Positions 28,026-37,811 are shown, numbered from the stretch's first letter. The stretch is 64,000 bases of DNA from an uncultured Acidimicrobiales bacterium (GCA_938023735.1 CALJDK010000025.1:33057-97056); one strand, 5' to 3'. Notes: a model not told the origin generated them from the sequence alone. A program made the numbers and translations.

Positions 28026-29387
28026 TCACACCTGTTCGGTTGCGTCGACTAACCATTCGCTCAGTCGACTTTTTGACGACGGCTCGAGTCGCACCCGCAA
28101 CCGCATCCCGCCTTCGCCGGCCTCTTCAGACAGCACTTGACCTTCTCGGTGAGCCTTTGCAAGGACGTCGCCGCGGGCGAATGGCACGAGCAGTTCGCAC
28201 AGTTCGGTCATCGACCGCACCCGGTCGCCGATGGCAAGCAGAAGGTCGTCGATTCCCTGGCCGGTTACCGCCGAAACGGCAACCGACGCTTCGGTCTGCT
28301 CGGCGAGCCGCACAGCGTCGTCGCTCAGGTCGGCCTTGTTGAACACCAGCAGTTCGGGCACGTCGCCGGCCCCGATCTGTTCGAGCACGTCGCGCACCGC
28401 CGCGATATGGCCCCACGGGTCGGGACCCGCCCCGTCGACCACATGAACGAGGATGTCGGCATCGATCACCACATCGAGCGTCGACTTGAAAGCTTCGACC
28501 AGTTGGGTTGGCAGCTTCCGGACAAAGCCAACCGTGTCGGTGAGGAATACCATCTCGCCGCCGGGCAACTGAAGGCGCCGGGTGGTGGCGTCGAGCGTCG
28601 CAAAAAGACGGTTCTCGCTCAAGACTCCAGCATCGGTGAGTTGGTTCAGAACCGTCGACTTGCCCGCGTTGGTGTACCCAACGATGGCCACTCGCCGGTT
28701 GCTGGTGCGTTTGCGAGCCTTCGATTGTGTGTCGCGCACCTTCGACACCTGACGCAGATCGGCCTCGAGTTTATGAACGCGACGAAGGAGACGGCGACGG
28801 TCGACCTCAAGCTGGGTTTCACCGGGACCACGAGTACCGATTCCACCGCCCTGCTGGCTGAGCTTCTTGCCCATGCCCCGAAGGCGCGGAAGCCGGTACT
28901 TCAGCTGGGCCAGCTCGACCTGAGCTTTACCCTCCTGGCTGCTGGCATTCTGGGCGAAGATATCGAGGATGACGGCGGTGCGGTCGAGCGCGGTACGCCC
29001 CAGAATCTTCTCGAGATTGAACTGCTGCCCGGGTGTGAGCTCATCGTCGAACACCACCGTGTCCGAGTCGACCCCTTCAGAGATGTCTTTGATCTCCTGT
29101 GCTTTGCCTTTCCCTACATACGTGGCGGGGTCGGGCGACTCACGGCGCTGATGTACCCGCGCAACTTCGTCGGCGCCCGCCGTGTCGACCAACAACGCAA
29201 GCTCGTCGAGCGAGGCATCGGTGTCGTCGGGGTGATCGGGAGGGGTGGTGACGCCCACCAGCACAATGCGTTCACGGAAGGTTCGGTCGATAAGCCCGCT
29301 GGTCTCACCGCCGAAGTCGCCGAAGCCGCCACGGTGGGACTCGGTGGCGGACGGCTTGGATTGATCATCAGAGCCTTCGCTACCCAT
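28026..29387 (-). CDS. hflX: GTPase HflX
   Basis: HflX N-domain, then VAIVGYTNAGKST, DTVGF and NKAD. Confidence 0.9.
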   Translation of the reverse strand: MGSEGSDDQSKPSATESHRGGFGDFGGETSGLIDRTFRERIVLVGVTTPPDHPDDTDASLDELALLVDTAGADEVARVHQRRESPDPATYVGKGKAQEIKDISEGVDSDTVVFDDELTPGQQFNLEKILGRTALDRTAVILDIFAQNASSQEGKAQVELAQLKYRLPRLRGMGKKLSQQGGGIGTRGPGETQLEVDRRRLLRRVHKLEADLRQVSKVRDTQSKARKRTSNRRVAIVGYTNAGKSTVLNQLTDAGVLSENRLFATLDATTRRLQLPGGEMVFLTDTVGFVRKLPTQLVEAFKSTLDVVIDADILVHVVDGAGPDPWGHIAAVRDVLEQIGAGDVPELLVFNKADLSDDAVRLAEQTEASVAVSAVTGQGIDDLLLAIGDRVRSMTELCELLVPFARGDVLAKAHREGQVLSEEAGEGGMRLRVRLEPSSKSRLSEWLVDATEQV

Positions 29388-30180
29388 GGACCACCTCGAT
29401 CGCTGCGATCATCTCGGCGGGGCCATTGAGATACACCCGGTCGCCCACTTCTACCACCACATCGCCTCCGGGCATCTGCACGGTGACCCGGTCGCCCACC
29501 AATCCCCACTCGTGAGCGCGGGCAGCAGCGGCACAGGCGCCGGTTCCGCAGGCTTCGGTGATGCCTGCGCCTCGCTCCCAGACCACCAGGTCGAGGGTGT
29601 CGGGCTCCTCAGCCGAGGCGGCGATGAACTCAACGTTCATACCCTCGGGATACACCTTCTCCAGAGCTGGCCCCTCGACGGACAGGTCGACAGCGGCAGG
29701 ATCGTCGACCACCACCACCAAATGGGGGTTGCCAAGATCTGCAGTGGCGGCCTGCTCAAGCAAGAGGCTTGGTTCGACGCCAGGACCCGCTCCAACCAAC
29801 CCCATGTCGACCCTGGCCATGATTTCGCCGGGGTGGCGCCCCGGCGACACACTAACCACTCGAGGCCCGCCATCGGTGACGATGGCGATGTTGCCTTCGG
29901 TGATGTTGTCGCGTGCTGCCACCGCTTGGGCCAGACAACGAATGCCGTTGCCGCTCATCTCGGGCCGCGAGCCGTCGGAGTTGAACAGCACCATCACGAT
30001 GTTGGCCACCTGCTCGCCGGTCGGGGGTTCGCCCGGTAACCCAAACATCAGACCGTCGGCTCCAATGCCTCGACGCCGATCGCAGACGCGGCGCGCTATT
30101 GCGGCAGCGTCGGCGGGGAGTTCGTCGACCAGCGCCACCAGAAAATCGTTTCCGAGCCCGTGATGTTTGGTTAGTTGCAT
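29380..30180 (-). CDS. dapF: diaminopimelate epimerase
   Basis: ATG at 30180 gives MQLTKHHGLGNDFLV. SGNGIRC and ACGTGACA are the two catalytic Cys motifs. Confidence 0.9.
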   Translation of the reverse strand: MQLTKHHGLGNDFLVALVDELPADAAAIARRVCDRRRGIGADGLMFGLPGEPPTGEQVANIVMVLFNSDGSRPEMSGNGIRCLAQAVAARDNITEGNIAIVTDGGPRVVSVSPGRHPGEIMARVDMGLVGAGPGVEPSLLLEQAATADLGNPHLVVVVDDPAAVDLSVEGPALEKVYPEGMNVEFIAASAEEPDTLDLVVWERGAGITEACGTGACAAAARAHEWGLVGDRVTVQMPGGDVVVEVGDRVYLNGPAEMIAAIEVVHG

Positions 30181-31112
30181 TGCTTGAAGTGTCCTACGAG
30201 ATCGGCGAACAGGTCCATTGGATTTGTGTCGGCTTCGAGCCAGGTGATGCGAGGGTCGCGTCGAAACCACCGTTCCTGCCGGCGGGCAAACCGATGCGTT
30301 CGATGCCGAGCAAGGTCAAGCGCTTCAGCAAGCGACAGCCGAAGCTCGAGGTGCTCGATGAGTTCTTTGTAGCCAAGCGCCTGCCGGGGAGCACGCGATA
30401 AACCCTCGGGCCGCAGCCGAAGCGCATCGACTTCGTCCAGGAATCCCTGTTCCAGCTGCTCCAGGTAACGGCCATCGATTCGCTCATTTATCCGGTCGCG
30501 AGGGAGGCGAACTCCTATCTGGCGAAAAGGTACCGGCGGGTACGCATCGATCCCCGGACCGAACGACGAAAACGGGCGCCCTGCCCCCAGCGTTACCTCG
30601 AGCGCCCGAGTGACTCGGCGGCGATTGTTTGGCTCCATTCGGCCAGCGGCAACCGGGTCGAGTTCGGCCAATTGCCGGTGGAGCGCCTCGGTGTCGGGAT
30701 TGGCATCGATATCTGCTCGAACGTCGGGAAACTGTTGCGGAATTTCCAACGCATTCACCACCGCCTGCACATACAACCCCGTGCCGCCAACCATCACCGG
30801 ATGCTTGCCCCGACCTCGAATATCGGCGATGGCAGCATTTGTTGCGGCTTGGAATGCTGACACCGTGTAGTCCTGCGACGGGTCGGCGACATCGATGACG
30901 TGGTGACGCACCTCGGCCTGCTCTGCGGCGCTGGGTTTTGCGGTGCCGATATCCATACCCCGGTATACCTGCATCGAGTCGGCCGAGATCAGCTCGATCG
31001 AATCAAACGTTCGAGCCAGGGCCATTGCGAGCGACGATTTGCCGCTGGCCGTGGGCCCAAGGATCACCAACGTTTCCGGATCGTCGCTCTTCAGAGACGG
31101 CAAAGAAGGCAC
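30171..31112 (-). CDS. miaA: tRNA dimethylallyltransferase
   Basis: ILGPTASGKSSLAMALA P-loop, DSMQVYRGMDIGTAKP and VGGTGLY. Confidence 0.9.
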   Translation of the reverse strand: MPSLPSLKSDDPETLVILGPTASGKSSLAMALARTFDSIELISADSMQVYRGMDIGTAKPSAAEQAEVRHHVIDVADPSQDYTVSAFQAATNAAIADIRGRGKHPVMVGGTGLYVQAVVNALEIPQQFPDVRADIDANPDTEALHRQLAELDPVAAGRMEPNNRRRVTRALEVTLGAGRPFSSFGPGIDAYPPVPFRQIGVRLPRDRINERIDGRYLEQLEQGFLDEVDALRLRPEGLSRAPRQALGYKELIEHLELRLSLAEALDLARHRTHRFARRQERWFRRDPRITWLEADTNPMDLFADLVGHFKQCN

Positions 31113-31964
31113 CTACAGAAACTCGATGAGTAGGCCGTAGTAGTCGAGGCGCAGCGGATCGGGGTGGGCAAGCCCGTACGAATCGAAGAAGATCGGAAGC
31201 AACTCGGCACCAAACACCGACGCAACCGAACGCGCTCCGGCCGCCAGGTCAAGGTACGGGTCGGCGGTTCCGGCTCGAGACCAATCGGTGATGCCGGTTA
31301 CTTCTCCTCCAGGCTCCTCGGGATTATCGAGGAGTACGGCGTGAAGCCCGAAGCTCCCGTGGCCGAATGCCCCGTGCAGCTCCTCGGGCCGACCCTCGTG
31401 CAACATTTCGACGAGCCGGACAGGGGTATGGCGTTGATACGGACCGCTGAGCGTCGATGCATCAAAAGATCCGGTGGTCACACGCTGCTCGATGAGAGGC
31501 AACAGCGCATCGAGGCGGTTGTCGAAGCCCCGGTCGGCAATGTCGTCAGGGTCGGTGCGGTGCACCATTCGAAGGGCGCGAGCCGCTTTGGTTACCGAGT
31601 GCACCGGGTCGACCCGATTTTCCGGTGCTGACGCCGGGGTTCCCACCGGGTACTTCAGCACCGCCACGGACCGAGAATCGTCCAGCTCGGCCGAACACAC
31701 CACCTGCGGGACCGGAAGTGTCGCCCCAATCCACCTGAGCCGCTGGATCTCGGCGTCTACCGGGCTCGCGATTGGCGTTGACGTCGTGGGTTCGGGATCG
31801 ACGATCAAGGCTTGAAGCGGCCAGGCATCGAGCGGCGCAAACTCCTGCACCAGCATTCCCCCAGCGCCGCGACGAGCCGACACCGGGTTCGACTCGCCAA
31901 CCGCTGCTTGGATCTGTTCGGGGAGGTCGTCGGGAAACTGCAGCGCATCTGCTTCTGGCGGCAC
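31113..31964 (-). CDS. phosphotransferase (APH/kinase-like) family protein, possibly catalytically degenerate
   Basis: ITDWSRAGTADPYLDLA resembles the APH DxD region, but the Brenner motif reads HGSFGLHAVLLD (expected HGD....N). Its stop abuts the miaA start. Confidence 0.55.
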   Translation of the reverse strand: MPPEADALQFPDDLPEQIQAAVGESNPVSARRGAGGMLVQEFAPLDAWPLQALIVDPEPTTSTPIASPVDAEIQRLRWIGATLPVPQVVCSAELDDSRSVAVLKYPVGTPASAPENRVDPVHSVTKAARALRMVHRTDPDDIADRGFDNRLDALLPLIEQRVTTGSFDASTLSGPYQRHTPVRLVEMLHEGRPEELHGAFGHGSFGLHAVLLDNPEEPGGEVTGITDWSRAGTADPYLDLAAGARSVASVFGAELLPIFFDSYGLAHPDPLRLDYYGLLIEFL

Positions 31965-31967
31965 GCG

Positions 31968-33380
31968 CTAGACCGCCACTACCGGAATCCGGACCTTGTG
32001 TGTCGGCGCCGCCAACACGTCGACGATTTCCCCCATGAGGTAGTACCCCTTGGCTTCGGTAACCCGAACGGTGGCGTACGAGCCAACCCGCAATGCATCG
32101 ACCCGGTCAAAGTGCACCACCTTGTTCTGACGGGTCCGACCGGTCATACGTTCCTTGTTGCGCTTCGACAGCCCCTCAACCACCACTTCTTCGATACGTC
32201 CCACCCGCGCCTCGTGCTTCCGGGCGCTGGTTCGGGCCACGAGTGCTCGCAGTCGTTCGAGCCGTTCAACGGCCACCGCATGGTCGACCGTGTCGGTGCG
32301 GTCGGCCGCCTCGGTGCCTGGACGGGCCGAAAAGATGAACATATATGCGGCGTCGAACTCGGCCGCCGCCGCAAGCTCGAGCGTTGCTTCGAAATCGGCA
32401 TTGGTCTCGCCGGGAAACCCGACGATGACATCGGTACTGACAGCCAGGTCATCGATGTCGGCCCGTGCGGCCGCGAGGCGCTCGAGGTAACGCTCGGCGG
32501 TATAGCCACGGTGCATGGCGGCCAACACCTTGTCGCTTCCCGCCTGCACCGGCAGATGAAGGTGTTCGCACACCTCGGGTGTTTCGGCCATCGCCAGGAT
32601 GGTCTCGGGGCGAAGATCTTTCGGATGCGGACTTACATATCGGACCCGTTTGATGCCCTCGACGGCGCCAACGCCACGCAACAGGTCGGCGAACAGCGGC
32701 CGGACCCGAACGTCGTCGCCAGCACGACGCTGCGCCAAGGTGAGATCGCGGCCATAGGAGTTGACGTTCTGACCCAATAGGGTCACCTCGGTCACACCCT
32801 GACCAGCCATTTCCGCGACATCAGTAATGAGGTCGTCAAAGGGGCGGCTCAGCTCGGGGCCTCGCACCGACGGCACGATGCAGAACGCACAGCTGTTGTC
32901 ACAACCCACCTGAATGGTAAGCCACGCCGCGTAATCAAACGTGTCACGAGGCGGAAGAGCCGACGGGAACGCCTCAGCATCGTCGCGGGCTGCAGCTTCA
33001 AGAACTTCGACGATGGGTCCGTTGGTGCGAGCCTCTCCCAACAAGTCGGCGGCCCGGTGCACGTTGTGGGTTCCAAACACCACATCCACATGACCCGCTC
33101 GTTCGCGAATCATGTCGCGGTCTTTCTGGGCGAGACACCCCGCAACCGCAATCTGGACATCGGGGTTCTCCGTCTTGCGGACCTTCAGGTCGCCAAGTTT
33201 CGCATACAATTTGTTATCGGCGTTTTCTCGGATGCAGCAGGTGTTGAGCACCACGACATCAGCTGCTTCCTCGCTGGCAGCAGCGACCAGGCCATCGGCC
33301 TCAAGCAGCCCGGCGATTCGCTCGGTGTCATGTTCATTCATCTGACAGCCGTACGTGGTGATGTGATAGCTCCGCGACAC
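31968..33380 (-). CDS. miaB: tRNA-i6A37 methylthiotransferase
   Basis: GTG at 33380 gives (M)SRSYHITTYGCQMNEHD. Radical-SAM CDNSCAFCIVP and a C-terminal TRAM domain. Confidence 0.9.
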   Translation of the reverse strand: MSRSYHITTYGCQMNEHDTERIAGLLEADGLVAAASEEAADVVVLNTCCIRENADNKLYAKLGDLKVRKTENPDVQIAVAGCLAQKDRDMIRERAGHVDVVFGTHNVHRAADLLGEARTNGPIVEVLEAAARDDAEAFPSALPPRDTFDYAAWLTIQVGCDNSCAFCIVPSVRGPELSRPFDDLITDVAEMAGQGVTEVTLLGQNVNSYGRDLTLAQRRAGDDVRVRPLFADLLRGVGAVEGIKRVRYVSPHPKDLRPETILAMAETPEVCEHLHLPVQAGSDKVLAAMHRGYTAERYLERLAAARADIDDLAVSTDVIVGFPGETNADFEATLELAAAAEFDAAYMFIFSARPGTEAADRTDTVDHAVAVERLERLRALVARTSARKHEARVGRIEEVVVEGLSKRNKERMTGRTRQNKVVHFDRVDALRVGSYATVRVTEAKGYYLMGEIVDVLAAPTHKVRIPVVAV

Positions 33381-33404
33381 ACCAACATCGTAGGGGAAAG
33401 GGAA

Positions 33405-33441
33405 CGGGCGACATCTGTCCGCCAAAAACAGATGTCGCCCG
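33405..33441 (-). terminator. hairpin downstream of recA
   Basis: CGGGCGACATCTGT (33405-18) pairs with ACAGATGTCGCCCG (33428-41): a 14-bp perfect stem with a 9-nt loop, 115 nt after the recA stop. The downstream tract is only moderately U-rich. Confidence 0.55.
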
Positions 33442-33556
33442 TGGACCGATAACACGGTTCCCTACTCTTTTGTTAGCTCATAGCCGAACGTCGTGACGAG
33501 ACGGACGACACAGTTCACAAAGAGCTGCGGCCAACAAAACCGCCGTCATTGCAGTG

Positions 33557-34615
33557 TCAGTCGTCGAGACTGATGGGTTCATCGTCGGCTTCACTGAAGT
33601 CCTCCGAGTCGGTGAGATCGACCACATCCTCGGGTTTTGGCATGACGATCTTGAACACCCGGTCGGTGACCTCGACCATGATCTCAGGGTTCTCTTTGAG
33701 GAACTTCTTCGCATTTTCTCGACCCTGGCCGAGCTGCTCTCCCTCGTAGGTGTACCAAGCACCCGACTTCTTGATGATGTCGTGTTCGACACTGATATCG
33801 AGCACCGAACCTTCTCGGCTGATGCCTTCGCCATACATGATGTCGAACTCAGCAACCCGGAAAGGCGGCGCCACCTTGTTCTTGGCGACCTTTACCTTCA
33901 CCCGGTTTCCAACAACCTCGGTGCCGTCCTTGATCGATTCGATACGACGGATATCGAGGCGGACCGAGGAGTAGAACTTGAGGGCCCGACCACCAGGTGT
34001 GGTCTCGGGAGAACCAAACATCACGCCGATCTTCTCGCGCAGCTGGTTAATGAAGATGCAGATGGTGTTGGACTTATTGAGGTTAGCGGTGAGCTTGCGC
34101 AGCGCCTGGCTCATGAGGCGGGCCTGAAGCCCCACGTGGGACTGGCCCATCTCGCCTTCGAGCTCGACCTTTGGAGTCAGCGCAGCAACCGAGTCGATAA
34201 CGATGACGTCGATCGCTCCCGAACGAACAAGCGTGTCGCAGATCTCAAGTGCCTGCTCGCCAGTATCGGGCTGGGCGATGAGCAATTCATCGACATCGAC
34301 GCCGATAGCCCGGGCGTAGACCGGATCCATGGCGTGCTCGGCATCGATATAGGCGCAAATACCACCATTGCGCTGGGCCTCGGCCACAACGTGGGTAGCG
34401 AGTGTGGTCTTACCAGATGACTCTGGACCGTAAATCTCGACCACACGACCACGCGGCAACCCGCCAACCCCCAAGCAAATATCGAGCGAGAGGGCACCGG
34501 TAGGTACTACCTCGATAGCCATGGTGGCTTTGTCACCCATCTTCATGACGGCGCCTTTGCCGTGGTTCTTTTCAATCTGGCTCATGGCCATTTCGAGTGC
34601 TTTTTCGCGATCCAT
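33557..34615 (-). CDS. recA: recombinase RecA
   Basis: ATG at 34615 gives [27 protein letters not shown]...[14 protein letters not shown], an unmistakable RecA. Confidence 0.96.
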   Translation of the reverse strand: MDREKALEMAMSQIEKNHGKGAVMKMGDKATMAIEVVPTGALSLDICLGVGGLPRGRVVEIYGPESSGKTTLATHVVAEAQRNGGICAYIDAEHAMDPVYARAIGVDVDELLIAQPDTGEQALEICDTLVRSGAIDVIVIDSVAALTPKVELEGEMGQSHVGLQARLMSQALRKLTANLNKSNTICIFINQLREKIGVMFGSPETTPGGRALKFYSSVRLDIRRIESIKDGTEVVGNRVKVKVAKNKVAPPFRVAEFDIMYGEGISREGSVLDISVEHDIIKKSGAWYTYEGEQLGQGRENAKKFLKENPEIMVEVTDRVFKIVMPKPEDVVDLTDSEDFSEADDEPISLDD

Positions 34616-34731
34616 TGGGGATTCTCCTTGAAGGAAATATGGGGGCCTGGACTCTCGAGGCCTTGACGTGAGCGAACCTACAGAGGGGGTGTGACACACT
34701 GTGGGGCGAACAAGATGACAGCACTGTAGTT

Positions 34732-34747
34732 TCGAACAAGCGTTCGA
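34732..34747. promoter_or_regulatory. LexA (SOS) box upstream of recA
   Basis: TCGAACAAGCGTTCGA has perfect half-sites and lies 117 nt upstream of the recA ATG. Confidence 0.85.
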
Positions 34748-34871
34748 TGCAACCATCCGGGCAAAATTCGCAAAAGATTTTTTTCGGAAAAGGCCGTTAG
34801 ATTGATGGGGCGGGTGGAGAACCGCTACTACGTCTGCGACCCCTTGCGGGTTTCGGACCAGGAGTTACCCC

Positions 34872-35060
34872 GTGCCCCGCAATTGGATCTACTTCCTGCT
34901 GATCCTCTTTATGCTTTACCTGATCAGCCTCAACCCAACCGATGCCGGCATCACCGCCCACTCCTTCTTTGGATGGCTCGGATCCATGCTCAGCTCAATA
35001 GGACAGTTCTTCGACGGACTCTTCGACGGGCCTGGACCTATCGACCCGGCGGCCGGCTAG
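34872..35060 (+). CDS. small membrane protein (62 aa)
   Basis: GTG start with AGGAG 9 nt upstream. Hydrophobic N-terminus WIYFLLILFMLYLISL. The competing 278-aa ORF (34802..35638) is Arg-rich and looks spurious. Confidence 0.5.
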   Translation: MPRNWIYFLLILFMLYLISLNPTDAGITAHSFFGWLGSMLSSIGQFFDGLFDGPGPIDPAAG

Positions 35061-35078
35061 AAGCCGCAACACTCGACT

Positions 35079-35771
35079 ATGACGTCGCACGGCGGCAGTC
35101 CGGGCCGCCTCTACGGAAGGCGGCGTTCGTCGCTCACCGCGCTCATCTGGCCGCTGCCCGAGAGCGAAATTCTGGTTCCTGGCGAAAAGGTGTACTACCG
35201 GGAACGAGCCCACTGGACATCGCTCTTTCCCTATTTGGTCGAAACGGTTTCGATCATCATTTTGCTGATGGTCGGACTCGAAGGAATGCCGCAAGGTTGG
35301 GGCGCTTCCGCCGGCGTCATTGTCATCGGGTCGGTCATTGTGGTTTTCCGGTTTCTGCAAGCCCGCGATTGGAACTGGACCCAAGGCATCTTCTTGGCCT
35401 GCATCGCACTCGTGGCGTTTGCCATGACGTCGGGATCCTCGACCGGTTTGGCCGTTTTGGCCGGGTTTGCCGCCATGATTCGCCTGGTAGCCCATTACCT
35501 TCGCTGGGCGTTCTACGAGGACCGCTACATCACAAATCGACGGGTCCTCGAAACCACCGGCTTCTTCGGCTCGCGCATCTCGTCCATGCCTTTGGGGCGC
35601 GTGACCGATATCAGTCTCACGCGAAGCGTCTTTGGTGAGGTGTTCGATTTCGGCACGCTTCGTGTGGAAAGCGCCGGTCAGGATCAGGCCCTCGGCACTA
35701 TCCCCTACCTCGTAGAACCCGAAATCTTCCACGAAACCATCGTCCTACTGTCAACCGAAACCCACGCGTAA
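35079..35771 (+). CDS. membrane-flanked bacterial PH domain (bPH_2/YdbT-like) protein
   Basis: ERAHWTSLFPYLV, two TM segments, then YITNRRVLETTGFFGSRISSMPLGRVTDISLTRSVFGEVFDFGTLRVES. Confidence 0.8.
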   Translation: MTSHGGSPGRLYGRRRSSLTALIWPLPESEILVPGEKVYYRERAHWTSLFPYLVETVSIIILLMVGLEGMPQGWGASAGVIVIGSVIVVFRFLQARDWNWTQGIFLACIALVAFAMTSGSSTGLAVLAGFAAMIRLVAHYLRWAFYEDRYITNRRVLETTGFFGSRISSMPLGRVTDISLTRSVFGEVFDFGTLRVESAGQDQALGTIPYLVEPEIFHETIVLLSTETHA

Positions 35772-35776
35772 TTTCT

Positions 35777-35953
35777 GGCGTTCCCTGGGCACGCAGCCCA
35801 ACAGGTCTCGGGCTCCAGGCTGGCGCTCTGTCTTCGGCGTTCCCTGGGCACGCAGCCCAACGGGTCTCGGGCTCCAGGCTGGCGCTCTGTCTTCGGCGTT
35901 CCCTGGGCACGCAACCCAACAGGTCTCACCCTCCAGGCTGGCGCCTTCCGGGC
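35777..35953. repeat. three tandem 59-bp repeats (units start at 35777, 35836 and 35895)
   Basis: Units 1 and 2 differ at 1 of 59 positions; unit 3 is more diverged. Each begins GGCGTTCCCTGGGCACGC. A partial fourth copy lies at 36099-36114. Confidence 0.9.
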
Positions 35954-36000
35954 TACGACCTCGACAACACTCAAACGCTGACATCCAGCCGTCCGGACCC

Positions 36001-36090
36001 GGTACCTGGCACCAAAACCCCACTTCGGTGCCAGGTACCAAACACCCAAACGGTGCCAGGTACCAAACACCCAAAAAGGTTCCAGGCACC
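36001..36090. repeat. four spaced copies of a 13-bp pseudo-palindrome GGTNCCWGGNACC
   Basis: GGTACCTGGCACC (36001-13), GGTGCCAGGTACC (36027-39 and 36052-64; exact reverse complement of the first) and GGTTCCAGGCACC (36078-90). Spacing is 25-26 bp. Confidence 0.85.
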
Positions 36091-36189
36091 GAATCTCTGG
36101 CGTTCCCTGGGCAACACAACTGGATGGGGTTCACGGGTTGGTTGGGAGATTTTTGGAAGGGGTTCCAAATATGGGGCAGGATGTAGTTC

Positions 36190-37137
36190 ATGCTCACTGG
36201 TATTGATCGCTTGAACTACGAAAAGGAAGCCGTTGCTCCTTATGTGGGCGGTATTGGCTGGCGGACGGTGTTCAACGCCATCTGGCCGATCGCTGGGTGG
36301 ATCGCCACTATCGCTGCGTACCAGACCGGCCGCATACCCCTTTGGGGCGCGTTCATCCTGTCCATGGTGTTACTGCAAGCCCTGTACATGCCGGTACACG
36401 AATCGGTGCACAAGACGGTTTCGGGTGGCCGGTCGTCACTGGCCTGGGCCGACAAACTCATTGGTTCGGTGGCCGGATGGCTGATGTTGGTGAGCTTTCG
36501 CGATCACACCATCACCCACCTCATCCATCACACCCACGCCAACGACGAGTACGACCCCGATGTACTCAACTCGAAGGGTCGGCCCATCGACCTCGTGATC
36601 CGCTCGATCATCGGCCTCGTGCTCTACCCGCTCGGTCCCATCATCGCTGCCGTGCCCGCCGTTGGCCGAATGGTTCCCAAAGCCATCGCCGGTCGGCTGC
36701 AACTTTCAGCGAAGCTTCGTGGCCCCGAGGCGGTGACCGCTGCACGACGAGCGGCCACGTCGCATCTTGCTGTGCTCATCATCGGCACGGTGATTGGTTT
36801 CGCCGACCTGGTGTGGCTGGTCTGGTACGTGCCGGTATGGATGGGCCGAATCTGGCTATCGTTTGTGTTCGGCTGGCTCCCCCATCATCCGCATGGCGAA
36901 GTGGGTCGCTATCGAGACACCCGGGTGTTCACCTTCCCGGCCAGCACGCTATTAATCCGCGGGCACGACCATCACCTCCTCCACCACATGTTTCCCAGGG
37001 TCCCCCACTACTCGCTCAAACGACTCTGGGCCGATATGGGGCCGCACCTGATCGAGCAGGGCGCACGCATCGAAGGCAGAGCCGCCCGCCAGCACGGTCT
37101 TACTCCGGGAACCGCCGCGACGCCGGCAACCCAGTGA
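36190..37137 (+). CDS. membrane fatty-acid desaturase / hydroxylase family protein
   Basis: Three His boxes: HESVHK, HLIHHTH and HHLLHHMFPRVPH. Confidence 0.85.
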   Translation: MLTGIDRLNYEKEAVAPYVGGIGWRTVFNAIWPIAGWIATIAAYQTGRIPLWGAFILSMVLLQALYMPVHESVHKTVSGGRSSLAWADKLIGSVAGWLMLVSFRDHTITHLIHHTHANDEYDPDVLNSKGRPIDLVIRSIIGLVLYPLGPIIAAVPAVGRMVPKAIAGRLQLSAKLRGPEAVTAARRAATSHLAVLIIGTVIGFADLVWLVWYVPVWMGRIWLSFVFGWLPHHPHGEVGRYRDTRVFTFPASTLLIRGHDHHLLHHMFPRVPHYSLKRLWADMGPHLIEQGARIEGRAARQHGLTPGTAATPATQ

Positions 37138-37811
37138 GCGGCGCCCGCCCAAGCACATCAGCGGCGTCGCGTCGCCGGCGAGAACAAATCATTGAAGCCG
37201 CGCGTGTACTACTTCGTGAATCGTCGGCCGACAAGATTCTGGTTGCCGACATCGCCGAACAAGCAAGCGTTTCCGTGGCAACCATTTACAACCTGGTTGG
37301 CCAACGCGACCGCGTGCTTCTAGCCGTTCTCGACCACACCGCCAGCACTATTCGCGACCAGCTCAAACACGATGAAGCGACGCTTGGCATCGACCGATGC
37401 CTTGCCGTGATCGCCACCGCATGCGATGCGATTCTGGCCGACCCGTCGGTCCACCGACACGCGTTGGCGGCCCTCGGCGAGGTGTCGCAGGGCCAGTGGC
37501 TCGACGAGGGCCTGTACGAAACCATCGAAGCTTCGATCATCGATGCCATCGAGCAACGTGAACTGGGCTCAGAAGTCGCAGCATCCAGCACCGCCGTCGC
37601 CGTGCAACTTGGTTTCCGTGGTGCCTTGATGAGCTGGTCGTTTGGCCAACTCAACGATGATGAACTTATCCAAACATCGCAGCTCACCGCGGCGCTCACG
37701 CTGGCTGCAACCGCACGCCCGTCGCACCGCCGCCGTCTCCATGCGCTGGCGAGCCAACCGTCCGAAATCAACGACATACGCCAACTACCCACAAAGAGGT
37801 CCAACCAATGA
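37134..37811 (+). CDS. TetR-family transcriptional regulator
   Basis: The GTG overlaps the desaturase stop (GTGA). HTH ILVADIAEQASVSVATIYNLVGQRD. The track shows it only as the tail of a 504-aa out-of-frame artefact (36297..37811). Confidence 0.8.
   Translation: MSGARPSTSAASRRRREQIIEAARVLLRESSADKILVADIAEQASVSVATIYNLVGQRDRVLLAVLDHTASTIRDQLKHDEATLGIDRCLAVIATACDAILADPSVHRHALAALGEVSQGQWLDEGLYETIEASIIDAIEQRELGSEVAASSTAVAVQLGFRGALMSWSFGQLNDDELIQTSQLTAALTLAATARPSHRRRLHALASQPSEINDIRQLPTKRSNQ

Noticed and set aside
33478-33855. 125-aa minus-strand ORF downstream of and overlapping recA, considered as a possible recX.
   Set aside because: Most of it overlaps the recA C-terminal coding region in another frame, and its Ser/Arg-rich sequence has no resemblance to the RecX three-helix repeats.
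34802-35638. 278-aa plus-strand ORF overlapping the small membrane ORF and the PH-domain gene.
   Set aside because: Its product is Arg/Leu-rich with no motifs. The alternative frames give a hydrophobic small protein with a good SD and a clear bPH_2 domain protein.
35698-36197. Three overlapping minus-strand ORFs (73, 121 and 148 aa) with repeated peptide blocks across the intergenic repeats.
   Set aside because: The repeated peptides simply mirror the 59-bp and 24-26-bp DNA repeats. All three frames are open at once, there is no RBS, and no family resemblance.
36297-37811. 504-aa ORF spanning the desaturase and TetR genes.
   Set aside because: The first two thirds are an out-of-frame read of the desaturase gene (Arg/Pro-rich). 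Only the last roughly 225 codons, from the GTG at 37134, form a TetR protein.
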